Assembly: GCA_964016885.1 (NCBI GenBank)
Contig: OZ024742.1
Location: 51,274,001 to 51,338,000, forward strand
Direction: 5' to 3'
From: Eledone cirrhosa
Lineage: Eukaryota
Length of the DNA: 64,000 nt
The notes beneath the pieces are model-generated. The model made no database searches. It was not told the origin of the DNA and saw nothing but the letters and a program-made list of their open reading frames with translations. Position 1 is the first letter of the stretch; every line of letters begins with the position of its first letter. Shown piece after piece: positions 50,384-64,000 of the stretch. Made by a program: the position numbers and the translations under genes.

Positions 50384-53300
50384 CATGTGTGTATATATAT
50401 ATATGTACGTAGAAATACATTATATAGCTGTGTATTTGTATGCACAAATGGTTGTATTACTTAGAGAGAGAATATACGTCTATAGAAATCTATAAAAGTG
50501 TGGCCTCAAAAACGAATTTTATTAGCAATTCATGCTTATCCATCTCATTGAAAATGACGGTAAAATCAAAAACATGAAACCTATCTCAACAACAAGAATT
50601 GAAACGTGAAACGCTCCAGTCTTTCCAATGACAACACTGATGCGAAAACTTTGAATATTTACAGTATATTTTTGCAAGTTCTTCCTATGAATAAATAAAT
50701 GTAAATACTCGGGAAATGAATTACTTTCATATATGAGGTGCTGCCAAACAGAAATTCAGTAAATTCATTTCTATGTTGATTGATTCTAGCTTCAATATCA
50801 ATTCACATGTCAAATTAATGAAGTGTATTATTAGATGTGTACTTCGGAATTACAGACTGTTGCAGAGAACGTATGCTTTTAACTAGATTAGCTTTCTGTT
50901 GGTTATGTTGAGTTTTTGCTTTGAGCGTCTTTTCATTTAAGAGGATGGTTAATATCGATGCAGAGGTCAAGATAGCGTGGATATATCAAAGTTTCGATGA
51001 AGCATATCGTTAGCATAAAGTAATGAATTTTCATTGACACAGCTTTCCATTATCCTGTTGGTGATAAATAACCAAACTAATTAATTTAGTACATCAAGAG
51101 GATTTAGTCGTAAAATAGACACGGTAATTTTGTGATGAAAATATACGACTGGCCATAATGTTAGAAGCTCAAAGACTGAAACTATTAGTTTATCATAGTG
51201 TACTAGAATGATTTAACTTAAATAATTCTATATATGTATGAACAAGGAAGTAATGATGATGATGATGTTAATGACTATAATTATTATTATCATTATCATT
51301 ATTTTTTTATTGGCCACAAGGGCCGAGAGACGAACTCAATAGTAATATTAATAATAATAAAACCACTGACTACTGGGTGATGGAAATTGTTGCAGGTCAC
51401 AAAGGAAGAAGGGGTTACATTCTGTCACGAAGGAAAGTAGGAAGTTTTCGAAAGAATTGGGAATATATTTTCAGAGGACCAAGGAGTAATTTCTTTTACT
51501 TTTCGCTATTGAAAGATACTGCGATACTACCAAACTACTTCGTCCTTGCCACGTATTGAATATTTGGCATTGAGCCCCTGAAAGCTTCCTCCACCTGGGA
51601 TGATGCGGCCAGCCTCGACTTTATAGACTTAATGCCGTAGGTCAATCGTCGGTTAATAACATCGAATAATCATCATCTCTCTTTTCTAGTTCGCCCCTCC
51701 TATCTCTCCCTCTCTCTCTTTCCGTTTCTCTGTCTTTGTGATAATCCGGCTGTGTTCAAACCTCCAGAGCGGTACTCTTCGGTATGTATTACATATGTAT
51801 AAAAGAATCGGTATGTAACGATCGTGTCCCTACGACACAGTAAGGAGTTATGGTTGTTTGCATAAGTTCTACCATACTTTGATATTTACAATGCTGAAAG
51901 TCTTCGAAGGACGGTAACATTTGTCCTAACACTTCTTAGCATCAGGATAGTATTCCTGCTACATATGTAAGAGATATCTTCAAATCAATCTTGGTTGCTG
52001 CTATGTGCTCCCATATCAATCGGAGACGGTACATTTATACAACCAACGAAACATATTAGGATATTATCTCAATTTAGAACAAAATTCTTCTAATCATACA
52101 GCGTTGTGTCTATTAAACATTATCAGAATCCATTTATGTTCAGATATTAACATGTCCCTATACAATTCTAATACTTATAACTGAAACTAACACTTGCGAC
52201 TCTCGATAAAAAACACAATTCCTTTTCAAATAAGCATTTGATTCTGTAAAACACTTAAACGAATGCCTTATTCGGAATTTATGTACTTCCTTCTTCATCT
52301 ATTCTAAAAGTGAATCATGGGATTGAGGATTATTGAGTTTAATGTATAATGCACTAAACCATGACTGGAGAACGCAAATTATATGCGTAAAAATGAATAG
52401 GAATACAAATATCCATTGGGGTGTAAATTATGAACAAAAGTTGTCTCATGACTTGTAAATTAGTATAGATATTCCCTTGTATAGTATACATATTGTATTG
52501 GAAATAAAATTATTCTGAGATCAATTAAATATTCAAGACATTAATTATGCAATGATGCATTTATTGTTTCGTGTAACTCTATTAAAAGAATAAAAGCCAT
52601 GTTGAAAAGAAACTCATAACATTTGTGCTGTTTATTTATGCATATAAAATAATTCCTCAATTCTAAACATATTATATATATCAAGACACTGCAAATGTTG
52701 ATTCGTTTAAACTTTTCTATTATATTGACATCAAGTTTTTAACGAATGTGAATAGATGCATAGCAACCTGGTTGTCCAATTTAGGTTTTCAATTAGAAAT
52801 ACGAAACTAGTGTGATATTTACAGGTTGGTTGGTATAAAATTGACATTTATGTTTCCTTAATCATAGCTAACCTGAGGATCAATAACCACACGTACACAG
52901 CCTTGATAGCAATGCCAACACAACAATATATATAAAGGTTTCCGATAACTTCTGGTGATGGTGTACACTTCATTTATTTGCTGTGTGCCTATTCATATCC
53001 CCCAACAATGAACCATTTCACTCTAAAGAAATTGTATATAAACCACAACCGAAGGACGCTGGATACTATAAGGAAATAAAATTATTCCATTAGATTCGGT
53101 ATTATAGCCATCTATCAACAATTAAAGAAATGACCTATAGAATGAGTGAACAATAGAATTAATTGCAAATTATCATGTGATAAGGCTTGTATTTTGCATC
53201 CGTGACAAACCAATCATATTATCTGTAGGTTTCGGTTGTCATATGAGATTAATAATATGAACCGAAGACACAGAGTGTTAGTAATAATAATTACTACGTC

Positions 53301-53968
53301 TGATATGATTCGTAATGCAATGATGTTTGAATATTTCATTAAGTTCGTTATATCAAATCTTACATATCCTTATTTTAAAATATTAATTATCTACGATGAT
53401 CAACAGTAGAATTGGTCAAGAGGAAGACATAACAGAGTAAGAAAAATAGAAAGTGAAAGAGAGAATAGTTTAAGATACCCAAGTTCCGATTAGAATTAGA
53501 GATAACTTTCTTTTTTTTTTTTTTTTTTTGAGCTAATTATCAGCGATGTGGTCAAAATGATTTTAAGATATTTTCAAATAAATTAGTGTTGACATCATTT
53601 CTAATTAAACAAATTAGCAGAAGGAAAAAAAACATAGTTATAAAGTATTAGATAAATAAAAAAAAAAATAACAAATGACATTTTAATGACTGGAGAAGAG
53701 AAAGAAAACCAACAACAACATTCTAATAAAAACAGTTCTAATAAAAACAAAAAAATCTAGACATTCAATTTCGAAAATGATTCTATATGACAAATGGTCG
53801 TCTCCTTAGTTCGTGTTTAATTGAGTTTACCATTCAATAATTATTAAAGCTGCTAAAAAAAATAGAAATTAATTTTCATTTCATATATGTTTTGATGCTA
53901 CTTCATTCATTTTTTTTATATATTTTTTTATTAAACCAGTGATTTGGATAATTAATAATTTCTTCTCA

Positions 53969-54032
<64 letters not shown>

Positions 54033-54247
54033 GCGACCTACGTAGTAAATTGTATCATCGTGAGCTCCGCAAAGGTTTGTTATTTTCATTATTTAAAATT
54101 GCCATTTATGGAAAATATTTATTGTTAACTATATATAAGTGCACATACATTGATTTCTGAAATGGACACTCAAAAATATTGGGGCCTTGAGCCCAAAATT
54201 TAAACTTTTTATAATTATCAAACAAAAATGTTTTTCTTTGAAAAATA

Positions 54248-56231
54248 ATGGATTACTCAGTTTCAATCCTTCCTCACAATCCAACACCTCACACCAACAC
54301 CACCATTGTAAACATTGCTACGTTTGCCAACACTGGAATTGTAAGCAGTAGCAATATTTTAAATGTGTCTCAGGCAGACGTTCATTTCCCGCCATTACCA
54401 ATGACTGCAGGTGTTAAAGCCGCCACCACCACCACCACAGCGACAACAGAGACAAAAGAAAAGAAAATTAACTCATGATATCGAAATGAATTCAACCAAA
54501 ATGAACTCTTCCACACCAAACACAACTGAAACTAAAATTAACTATAACAAAAGTAACGATAACAACAAGAGCAACAATGAAATTAAGAAAACTACCCAGA
54601 GTTTTGCCAGAGTAGCAAAAACGTGCGAAGAGATCTAGGTAACTCAGGAAGAATTAGATGAAGCCAAAGGAATGGTAAAGAAAGATGGGTACAGGGTCAG
54701 CCTCGACCCCCCACCTAATAAAATGGAGCAACGTCGCCTATGCACCGTGTCTTATCGGACAATAAACATAAAATCGCGCCGAGTGGAACGGGCATCTAAG
54801 TCCCAAATCCAAAAAGCTTTGGGACATGTGTGGGCAAAAAAACCCCACATCAGACGTGGGCAGAAGTATGGAACCGTGGACGTGTTCTTTGAAACACCAC
54901 AGGAGGCCAGAGAAGACTCCATGGCCCCATTAAGAAGTGACGACTTCACACTCATCCCAAGCTATTGTGGCCAGAGACTTGTGAAGATCAGGGTGACCCA
55001 CCTTCCACCGGCCATCGAAATTCCCTGGCTAATGGCTGCCGTCCTCGCCGGCATCGAGGCCAACACCAAAATAATAGAAATAGCAAAAGAAAAGCAGGAG
55101 AACTGGTCCGGATCTGGGATGGAGCTCCTGATCCAAGCCGACCATAAAAGCATTGAGGAGATTCCAGAGGTAATAGACCTCACTGGCGGCAACCACTTCA
55201 CCGTAATCGTCGAGGGCAGAAGACCTAGGTGTGTCGTTTGTGGTGAGGGAAACCACCTAAGAGCTTTCTGCCCTCAGGCTAAAATATTGAGGCCACCTCT
55301 CTTACCCACCCCAGTGACTGAACCATCAACACCAGCAGCAGCAGAAATAGCAGCAACAAATATAGCAGCATCAACAGAAGCAACTGTAACAGCAACAACC
55401 ACTGCAACAGTAGCAAAACCAACACCACCACCACCACCCAACGTCCCAGAACTAGCACCAGCGCCTACACCATCCACCATGCCACAACCAAAACCAACGC
55501 CTGTGGAGGATTTTCCACTCCCGGCTTATCGCAACTCGAGACAGATTGTGACGACGAGGAGTGGGAAACGGTATCAGGAAAAAAGAAAAAAAAAGAAACC
55601 AAAAAAGAAAAAATTCTCTTCCTTCCCCCTCAAAAACAAAATACAGAGGGAAACAAAAAAATTATCGAACAAGAAAGTTAAGACAGATATGCCACCATCC
55701 ACACCAGCATCACCAACCCCATCACCACAAACACCAACACCATCACCATCATTAACCCCAACACCACCATCACCAACACCACAAAAGTCACCAAAAAGCG
55801 TAACAGTAACAAACCCACAACAAACGCAAACAAAACAAAACAACCAAAACGATACACATTACACGGCATTAAATTTGAACGGGGTCGATAAAATAAAGTA
55901 CCAGTAATGCACTGGGTAATTGCTGGCCTTGTGCCTAAAGTAGAAACAATTAAATTTGAACGACAGCCAATTATTACACTACATGCAACACAACACCAGC
56001 ATCACAGAAAAAGACTACACAACAACCCAAAAGTTCACACCATCTCCACACATACAAATTACTCGCATCACACAGAAAACGTACACAACACTAAAACTAA
56101 AAGTCCCCAAAGACATCGGAGACTTCCGACAAACACTCTCCAGGAGGATTTATAAGGACATCCTTTCGGAGGAGGCCACAAGCAGTGAAAGGGATGGACA
56201 AACCATCCATCCTCTACGAGAAGTAAGGTAA
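54248..56231 (+). pseudogene. Tx1-type ORF1 with zinc knuckle and Pro/Thr-rich tail; interrupted by a SINE
   Basis: RPRCVVCGEGNHLRAFCP in ORF 54672-55907. Upstream and downstream pieces are in shifted frames. Confidence 0.8.
55882..55948 (+). mobile_element. 5'-truncated SINE family A inserted in Tx1 ORF1
   Basis: The direct repeat ATTAAATTTGAACG at 55868-55881 and 55949-55962 flanks the SINE 3' end. Confidence 0.9.
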
Positions 56232-56265
56232 GTGGTCTTTCCCATCTTTTCCACTCCATTTCAAC

Positions 56266-59200
56266 ATGTCTTCAATCAGAATAGGCAGCTTAAATGCGCG
56301 TTGTTTGGGGTCGTCATGGAAGCAGGGCCACCTGCTCAACGACCTCAAGTCACTAAACATAGATGTAGTGGCCATCAGCGAGACCAGAATCTCCGAAGCA
56401 CGGGCCTTCGCACCGATCTTCGGCGGCTACGATGTGTACGCATCTCCCAGCCGTCCTGGATCCGGTGGAGGAGTTGCTGTGCTTTTTCGGAGAGGTTTGG
56501 ATCTCGCCATACGGGCCATCTTCCTGGACCCAGAAGGTAAGTTGGTGGTGCTGGACGTGACCAGTGGAGACGGGCAAACTTTTAGGCTAGTGGACGTATA
56601 TGCCCCGCTAGGAGCAGGGCGACATGATTTCTTCCGGCGTCTGGAGACCTTTCTTGGAACGTCTCGCTCTTTAGTGTTAGTGTGCGACTGGAACGGGATC
56701 TTAGATGCACGCTGGGACTGTGTGGGATTAGCGGATAGGGGAGGAGGGTGCAAGAGCCTCACCAACCTGCTCAGGCGTTTTGAGCTGTCTGACAGGTACC
56801 GATTGGATTTGCCGAATGTGCCAATGTGGACTTGGACAAATCGCGTAGGGTCATCCAGATCATGTCTAGATAGAGTATTTTTTAGAGAAATAGATAGGTC
56901 TAGCATAGGCTGTCCACAATTCAAGATAGTCAACTACACGGACCACAAATTCGTGATCTGTGTACTTGACTTAGATAGGCTTCATAGACGAGGACCCGGC
57001 TACTGGAAGCTAAACGCGTCCTTACCAGCGCGCAAGGCCTACAGAGACCGGATTAACGAACTACTTAAGCGGGCGTTGACAGGGGCCATCGTCAACAACA
57101 AGTGGTGGTTTGCTCTGAAAAGAGCAATTAGAATAGAGTCCATTAGGTTTAGTAAGGCTTTAGCAATAGAGGAAAATAGAGCAGAGGGAGAATTAGTTAG
57201 AAAATTAGACGAGACGCTTAGCAAAGGCATCGCGACCGACGTGCTTGCGGCGAAATTGGCCCTTGAACAATTCTTCTATGCAAAGCACGAAGGCTGCGTT
57301 GTCAGAGTTAGGGTGCGTGTTCTCAGACACGAGGGGACGAAAGCCGTTTAATGGGCTCGAGTGGCGGAGGCGAATCGTGGCAACAAAGCCACGATCCGGT
57401 CTTTGGTGGACCAGGACGGGCGCATGCTACTCGATCCCGGGAAAATGTGTGAAGCTTTTCAGCGACACTTCGCTCAGTTGTTCGGGGGCAGCGGCAAGCC
57501 GGATCGAGGGATGGACTTTAGTGTCTACCTCGACGGACTGCCGCGGCTCTCGGCCACTGAGGCGGACTGTTGCGAAAAGCCGATAACAGACGCTGAAGTA
57601 CGGGAGGCAATGACTAGCTGCATAAGGGGTAAATCGCCTGGTTTGAATGGTCTGCCCTAAGAACTTTACGTACAGATGCCAGACTTGTTCGGAGGCCTCT
57701 TGGCGGACGTCTACTGCAAGTGGAAACAGAACGGGAGAATTCCCAGCTCTGTGAGCCGAGGAGCTGTGGCGCTGCTGAGAAAGGATCCGAACAAGGGGGA
57801 TAACATAGATAATTTTAGGCCCATAACTGCTAAACACAGAGTTCAAGATTTTGGCCAAGGTGCTAGCAAAGAGGTTGGAGCTTTTCGTTCGTGGTCTGGT
57901 GGGAGAGGCGCAGACATGCGCCATCCCGACAGATCCATCCACGAAAACCTCCACCTCATGCGATACATCGTAGAGAGGGTAGCTATGGAATATGGCACGG
58001 GTGGGCCTTGATCAATTTAGATCAGTCGAAAGCTTTCGATAGGATCGACCATCGTTACCTAGCGGCAGTCCTAAGGGCGGCTGGATTTGGGCCCGTCTTC
58101 AGAGGCTGGATCAGCTGCACCAGCGACATCTGCTCTGTGGTGAGAGTGAACGGTCACCTTTCGGAACCTTTCAAAATCATGCGCTCGGTCCGCCAAGGAT
58201 GTCCCCTCTCGTCCCTCTTGTACGTATTGACTCTCGAGCCATTTCTGCACAAACTGGAGACGTTGAGGGGGGTCCCGCGCGAACTAGGATGCGGAAGATC
58301 CGTGTCAGCATATGCGGACGATGTCACCGTAGTGGTGTCGAACGCCAAAAACATCGAGGCGATCGGCACAACACTAAGAGAATACGAAGCGGTGACAGGA
58401 GCAATGATCAACCAAGAAATGTCAGTGGGCCTGCATCTCGGCACCTGGAGAGGCATGTCAATGCCGTCCAACAGCATCGTCGGGCGCTGGACGGACGGAC
58501 CAGTTAAATTGCTCGGGGTCTGGTTCGGTCTGGATCTCCAGACGGACAAAAACTGGGACGAGGTGACGAGCAGGGTGGCTTCTCTCACCCAGAAATGGGC
58601 CGAGAGGAAGCTATCACTTAAAGGTCGAGCGGAGGTGGCTAACGCGTATATCGCGTCCGTCATCTACTACCGCCTGACCGTCGTACCTTGTCCTAAGCCC
58701 GCCTGACTGCGCTGGAGAGTTTGCTCTTTCGCTTTTTGTGGAAGGGACGCGCTCCAATGATCCATCTGCTGTCAACACCCGCTACGTGGATGGCTGGGCT
58801 TGCCGTGGCTGATGATGCGCAGACACGCGCTCAGGCTACGACATCTCCACCTCTTCCTCGACGGTGATCAGGTGTGGTCTCCGTTTGCTAGACACGTCTT
58901 TTCCCAGCTGGTCTCCTTGACGGAGCTGCAGTCCTGGATCAAGCGAAGACCGAGAGGGAGCGCTTGGAGACTGGAATGTCTTCAGGCGCTCACAGCCCTC
59001 GAACAATCGGGCAATGTGATCGGTGGAAACTCCATCTTGGCGTTCTATAGAGGATTAGTGGAGGGGAAGAGCGACGACGTACTTGGGGAAACTCTAGGTG
59101 TCGACGAAAATCAAGTAGCCAATCTCTTCGGAAGAACTTTCGGGCCGGGGCCTATGGACAACTTCCAGAAATCCCTGGCCTGGCAGTGCTACCGAGGAGC

Positions 59201-59669
59201 TTTGCCAGTTCGGGATAGACTCTACAAGCATGGAGGTGCCGTCAGCCGGGCATGTCCGAGATGCGCGCAGGGCGACGAAACCGTCCTGCACGCACTCGTC
59301 CAGTGTCCGAGCATTGCTGACTTGTGGGATTATGTCGAACACCTGCTGTCGCGTGTGGGACGGATCCAGCTATCAGCTGAGTCCATCGTGAGGATTACCC
59401 CGCCCTCTTCCTTTAGCCGGGAAGGGCAGGCGATTTTTATCTGTCTGGTGGCCATGGCGAAAGGGATAGTATGGTGGACATGTTTGAAAGGGCTGAAGAC
59501 GAGCACTTACCTCTTCGGTGATGCCCTGATTAACTTTTTTAAGTTTCATTTGAAAAGGAAAATCAGGGTAGAGAAAGAAGTGCTCTCTACGTAGCATTTT
59601 GTTGAAAGATGGGTTAGAGAGGCAAGAATGGCCCGAGTGAATGGGCCTACTCTGAGTATGTGTCTGTAA
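56266..59669 (+). pseudogene. LINE ORF2 (APE-RT-CCHC) with several stops/frameshifts
   Basis: GSLNAR..VVAISETR..CDWN..TDHKFV, GKSPGLNGLP, LDQSKAFDRIDH, SVRQGCPLS, AYADDVT, KLLGVWF and CPRC..ETVLHALVQC. Confidence 0.93.
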
Positions 59670-59917
59670 ATTAAACTGGAAAACTGGGAGATGGCACTTG
59701 CCCTGGTGGTCAGGGTCACTGTGGCTTTTTAATGGGCTTTCTCCACCATTGTCCCTCGGAAGTCTCCCCCCTATTGGGGAATTTTTTCATTGTTCTATTA
59801 TTACATCCTCTGTTTCTTGTTTTTTTACACGCAGAAATGCCCATTCGTACCGCCCTGTATTGTCCTACACTGTCCTTAATGTCTACTTTATGTAAACCCT
59901 TGTGGTTAATAAAGAAA

Positions 59918-59965
<48 letters not shown>

Positions 59966-59966
<1 letters not shown>

Positions 59967-60024
59967 TGTTGTTGTTGATGTTAATATTACTTTGATGATG
60001 ATTATGACGGTAGTAGTAGTAGTT

Positions 60025-60084
<60 letters not shown>

Positions 60085-60112
60085 TTAGTAGTAGTAGTAG
60101 TAGTAGTACTAG
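59966..60112. repeat. Trinucleotide tract, mainly (GTA)n
   Basis: GTT/GAT/GTA repeats follow the LINE tail. Confidence 0.9.
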
Positions 60113-60648
60113 TTTGAGGAAGAGATTGAGCAGGAGGTGGAGGAGGATGGGGAGGGGGGATGAAAAGTAAGTAGAGGAGAAATAAAAGAATGAAATAATA
60201 GTAATGAGATAATTATAATGTTGATTTCTAATTTAGGGTCAAGGTCAAGCACGTTGAGGTGGAAGTCTAAATCACATAAATGTTGCTCAGTAAATTACAG
60301 GTACTGCATTTTCATCACATAGGAATACAGTATTTAAGTCATGACATAATCTTGATTAACTAAAGGTGACGGGAATTTGAGCGACATCAAGAAACACTTG
60401 CGTTTGGCGTTTTCACACCTCTACTGAGTTAACTGTGATTACCGCTTAATATATTCATATATATGTTATACATATACATATCGTATATGCCATGTTATAA
60501 TATTTTATATGAGTTTCAAATACAAAAATTGTTGAAATTTGTGTATGAAAAAGTTATATCAGCTCAAAATACAGTGATTTATTATAATAAACTATAAACA
60601 AGGCTGCATATAATATTTTTTAAATAATTTGATAAGAAATCCTCCTGC

Positions 60649-60825
60649 CTGGCAGTATCGGTAGAGGGTCGGACGCCATGCTTTCCAGCATAGTTACGTC
60701 CCTTTACCATCTGAGTTCAAATCCCGCCGAGGTTGACTTTGCCTTTCATCCTTACGGGGTCGATAAAATAAAGTACCAGTAATGCACTGGTAATTGCTGG
60801 CCTTGTGCCTAAAGTAGAAACAATT
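60649..60825 (+). mobile_element. SINE family A
   Basis: Near-identical to 46964-47140. Confidence 0.92.
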
Positions 60826-61380
60826 ATTTATATGTGGAGCAAATTATTTATTAAAATATGTTACTAAACCCATATTTACATCATAATTTGCTTTACAATT
60901 GTTTCATCGCCGTGGTTATCATCGGAATAAATTATTCTATAAAGATATACCTAAGCAAGTTCACCTTTTAGAACGGACAAATATCTACGGGGATTTTGTG
61001 TTTTCGAAAAGAGGAACTTTTTGAGATTCTTTTATAAAATAATGTATTGCGATGGGTCCCACGATGAAACAAATGTAAATCAAATTATGATGTAAATAAG
61101 TGCTTGGAAACATATTTTCATGGATATATATTAATATATATGCAACGTTTTTTGAAATATTCACTTCTGCGTTCACAGATTGTCTTTGTTAGTTTTAGAA
61201 GATCCCCTTAATGGTAAAAGCAGCTATTATTTGCTTAAACTTTTAATCTGGTATTTAAAAATAAAATATATATATATATATATGTAAGACTTGAAGCGGT
61301 AAAAACCAGTTAGAACATTACTCACCAGTGTACCTGAAATTTGGCGTAGTAGGATGGGAAATATGAACATTTTGGACAGC

Positions 61381-61456
61381 TCGACGGTTGAGCTCCGGCC
61401 GTTTCAACAGTTTGACTGTATCTAGCTGCTGAAATGGCCGGAGCTCAGCCGTCGGG
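61381..61456. repeat. GC-rich hairpin related to the 20766 palindrome
   Basis: CGACGGTTGAGCTCCGGCCGTTTCAACAG pairs with CTGCTGAAATGGCCGGAGCTCAGCCGTCG. It shares GAGCTCAGC(C/T)GTCGGGGTC with 20793-20811. Confidence 0.8.
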
Positions 61457-61511
61457 GTCCCGGAATTTTCATATATATATAAAGATATATATATATATAT
61501 GTGTGTGTGTA

Positions 61512-61542
<31 letters not shown>

Positions 61543-62054
61543 GGGGGGGGGGGGGGTATTGGGGTGGTGGAGTCACACCTCGCAATGAAATCTACACTTG
61601 TATTTGAAAAGACAACAGATATTTAACATTTTCGTAACATTTATTTTTTTTTAAAAAACATTTGTCATTTTCTAGTGCTAATGAATATTGTTTATCTCTT
61701 CATTTGGACGCTTATGAATTCTTATTAATGATCCACAGAATCTCTTTACTATTTGTTTATATTTCTAAGTATAATATTTCTTGAATAAAATATAGCTTTA
61801 CATATAGTAATGACATTTGAAATATCAGTTTAGAGATATAGAAAAATAAAGCTAATGTTAGTACCTTAGTGGATACGCTGAATACAGAACAGTTTTAGCG
61901 ACAGTAGATCAGTTTTAAATTATATGTATATATATATATCTAAAACCACTTTTATATATATATATATATATATATATCTAAAACCACTTTTCATATGTTG
62001 ATTTAAAACTGCACTATCCACAAGTGTTTTTTAGCCTTCATATCATGTTCTCCT

Positions 62055-62123
62055 GTTTTATCTGATGAAAACACAAATATTATTGCATGATGATGTTTGT
62101 TTTTGAAATGCGCATAATAAAAT
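62055..62123 (+). ncRNA. Type I hammerhead motif, paralog of 28262-28331
   Basis: GTTTTAT-CTGATGA-AAACACAAATATTATT(GCAT)GATGATGTTTGTTTTT-GAAAT-GCGC-ATA-ATAAAAT. Confidence 0.8.
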
Positions 62124-62315
62124 ACATGGAACTCCTTTAACCATCTTTTGATCTTATATTATTGTATATATATATATATATATATTACACTTGAAAACAT
62201 ATACTTGTACTGGCTCCTAACCATCGTGACATTATCAGTCTCGTACATTACACTCTGAGATCTCTCGTCCAATGAGAATAGGTTTTCCATATATATATAC
62301 TTGATTTATATTTAC

Positions 62316-62416
62316 ATTCTTCTACTTCGTCGTCGTTGTCTTCTTCTTCTTCTTCTTCTTCTTCTTCTTCTTCTTCTTCTTCTTCTTCTTCTTCTTCTTC
62401 TTCTTCTTCTTCTTCT

Positions 62417-62482
<66 letters not shown>

Positions 62483-62490
62483 TCATCATC
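62316..62490. repeat. Compound (CTT)n(CGT)n(CAT)n microsatellite
   Basis: Direct reading of the sequence. Confidence 0.95.
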
Positions 62491-62683
62491 TAACCATACT
62501 TACTACTTCTACTAGCTCTGCTCCCCATTCTCATCCTATACATTTGGCAGTTACCAAGTAAAACTATAACAATCACTTTGACAATATCATTATTTTATCA
62601 AATCAAAACTGGAGCTGCAGAACATATATACTCCGTTTTCTATGTAACTGGCTCCCAAAATACACGGTCAAACACTCACAGAC

Positions 62684-63389
<706 letters not shown>

Positions 63390-63618
63390 CAGGAAAGAAG
63401 GTTTACATGGTTTGCTATACAAAAAAGTTTTTAATCACATAGCTTACATTTGTTTCACTGAACTGGTATGTCTAGAGAATTACAGCATACCCGCAGCATC
63501 ACTATGAAAACGCCTTGTTGAGTCAAACCAAGCCAAGCGTTAATATCATCCACTACCTGGAATACCATAACTGGACTTCACCTAAGTGGACTGCATTTAA
63601 CTATTATTTGTTAATCCG

Positions 63619-63659
<41 letters not shown>

Positions 63660-64000
63660 TTATATATATACATATATATATTATATATAAGAAAGTATTC
63701 AAGACCCTGACGGCTATATCCTCTGGAAAATTACAGTAGATAAGTGTTGTTCTTCTACATTATAGAGTTCAATATATTTCTGCATTCAGCAGTGGAAGTC
63801 CGTCTTCCAGACAGTTGCGTATTCCGTTTATTTAAAAATCATTCTTCATACAGTGATAGCGGATATATATTTGAATACCGTTGTATAAAACACTATATGA
63901 CTGATACAAAAAACAGAGATGAACTTGCACCATTTTATTCGCATCATATGTCTCGGTGGTCATACGGACTTTCATACGTTGTATAAAGGTTATGTTGAAT

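Larger units (their letters stand above)
54033..59965 (+). mobile_element. Full-length decayed L1/Tx1-clade LINE between (TTA)n tracts
   Basis: (TTA)n at 53971-54032 precedes it. ORF1 spans about 54248-56231 and ORF2 56266-59669 (APE, RT with AYADD, C-terminal CCHC). AATAAA and a (TTA)n tail lie at 59920-59965. Confidence 0.95.

Noticed and set aside
51565-51660. HDV-like ribozyme
   Set aside because: A TTCCTCCAC motif is suggestive, but I could not assemble the nested double pseudoknot pairings.

Overview
AT-rich, microsatellite-dense animal DNA with no recognisable intact host gene. The SINE types and (TA)n load suggest a cephalopod such as octopus; that is an inference. The window is a retroelement graveyard: three L1/Tx1-clade LINE copies bounded by (TTA)n tracts, an R4/Dong-like fragment, a CRE-like element, three decayed Penelope-like elements (PLEs; RT plus GIY-YIG), a non-autonomous Helitron and many tRNA-derived SINEs. 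The most striking signal is a recurring set of fold-back (inverted-repeat) elements, from about 2.8 kb PLEs down to 300-470 bp non-coding hairpins, mostly next to (TA)n. Many carry minimal type I hammerhead ribozyme motifs (CUGANGA-stem II-GAAA-short palindromic stem III-NUH), often on both strands. All motif and repeat calls were made by eye and no alignments or folding programs were run.
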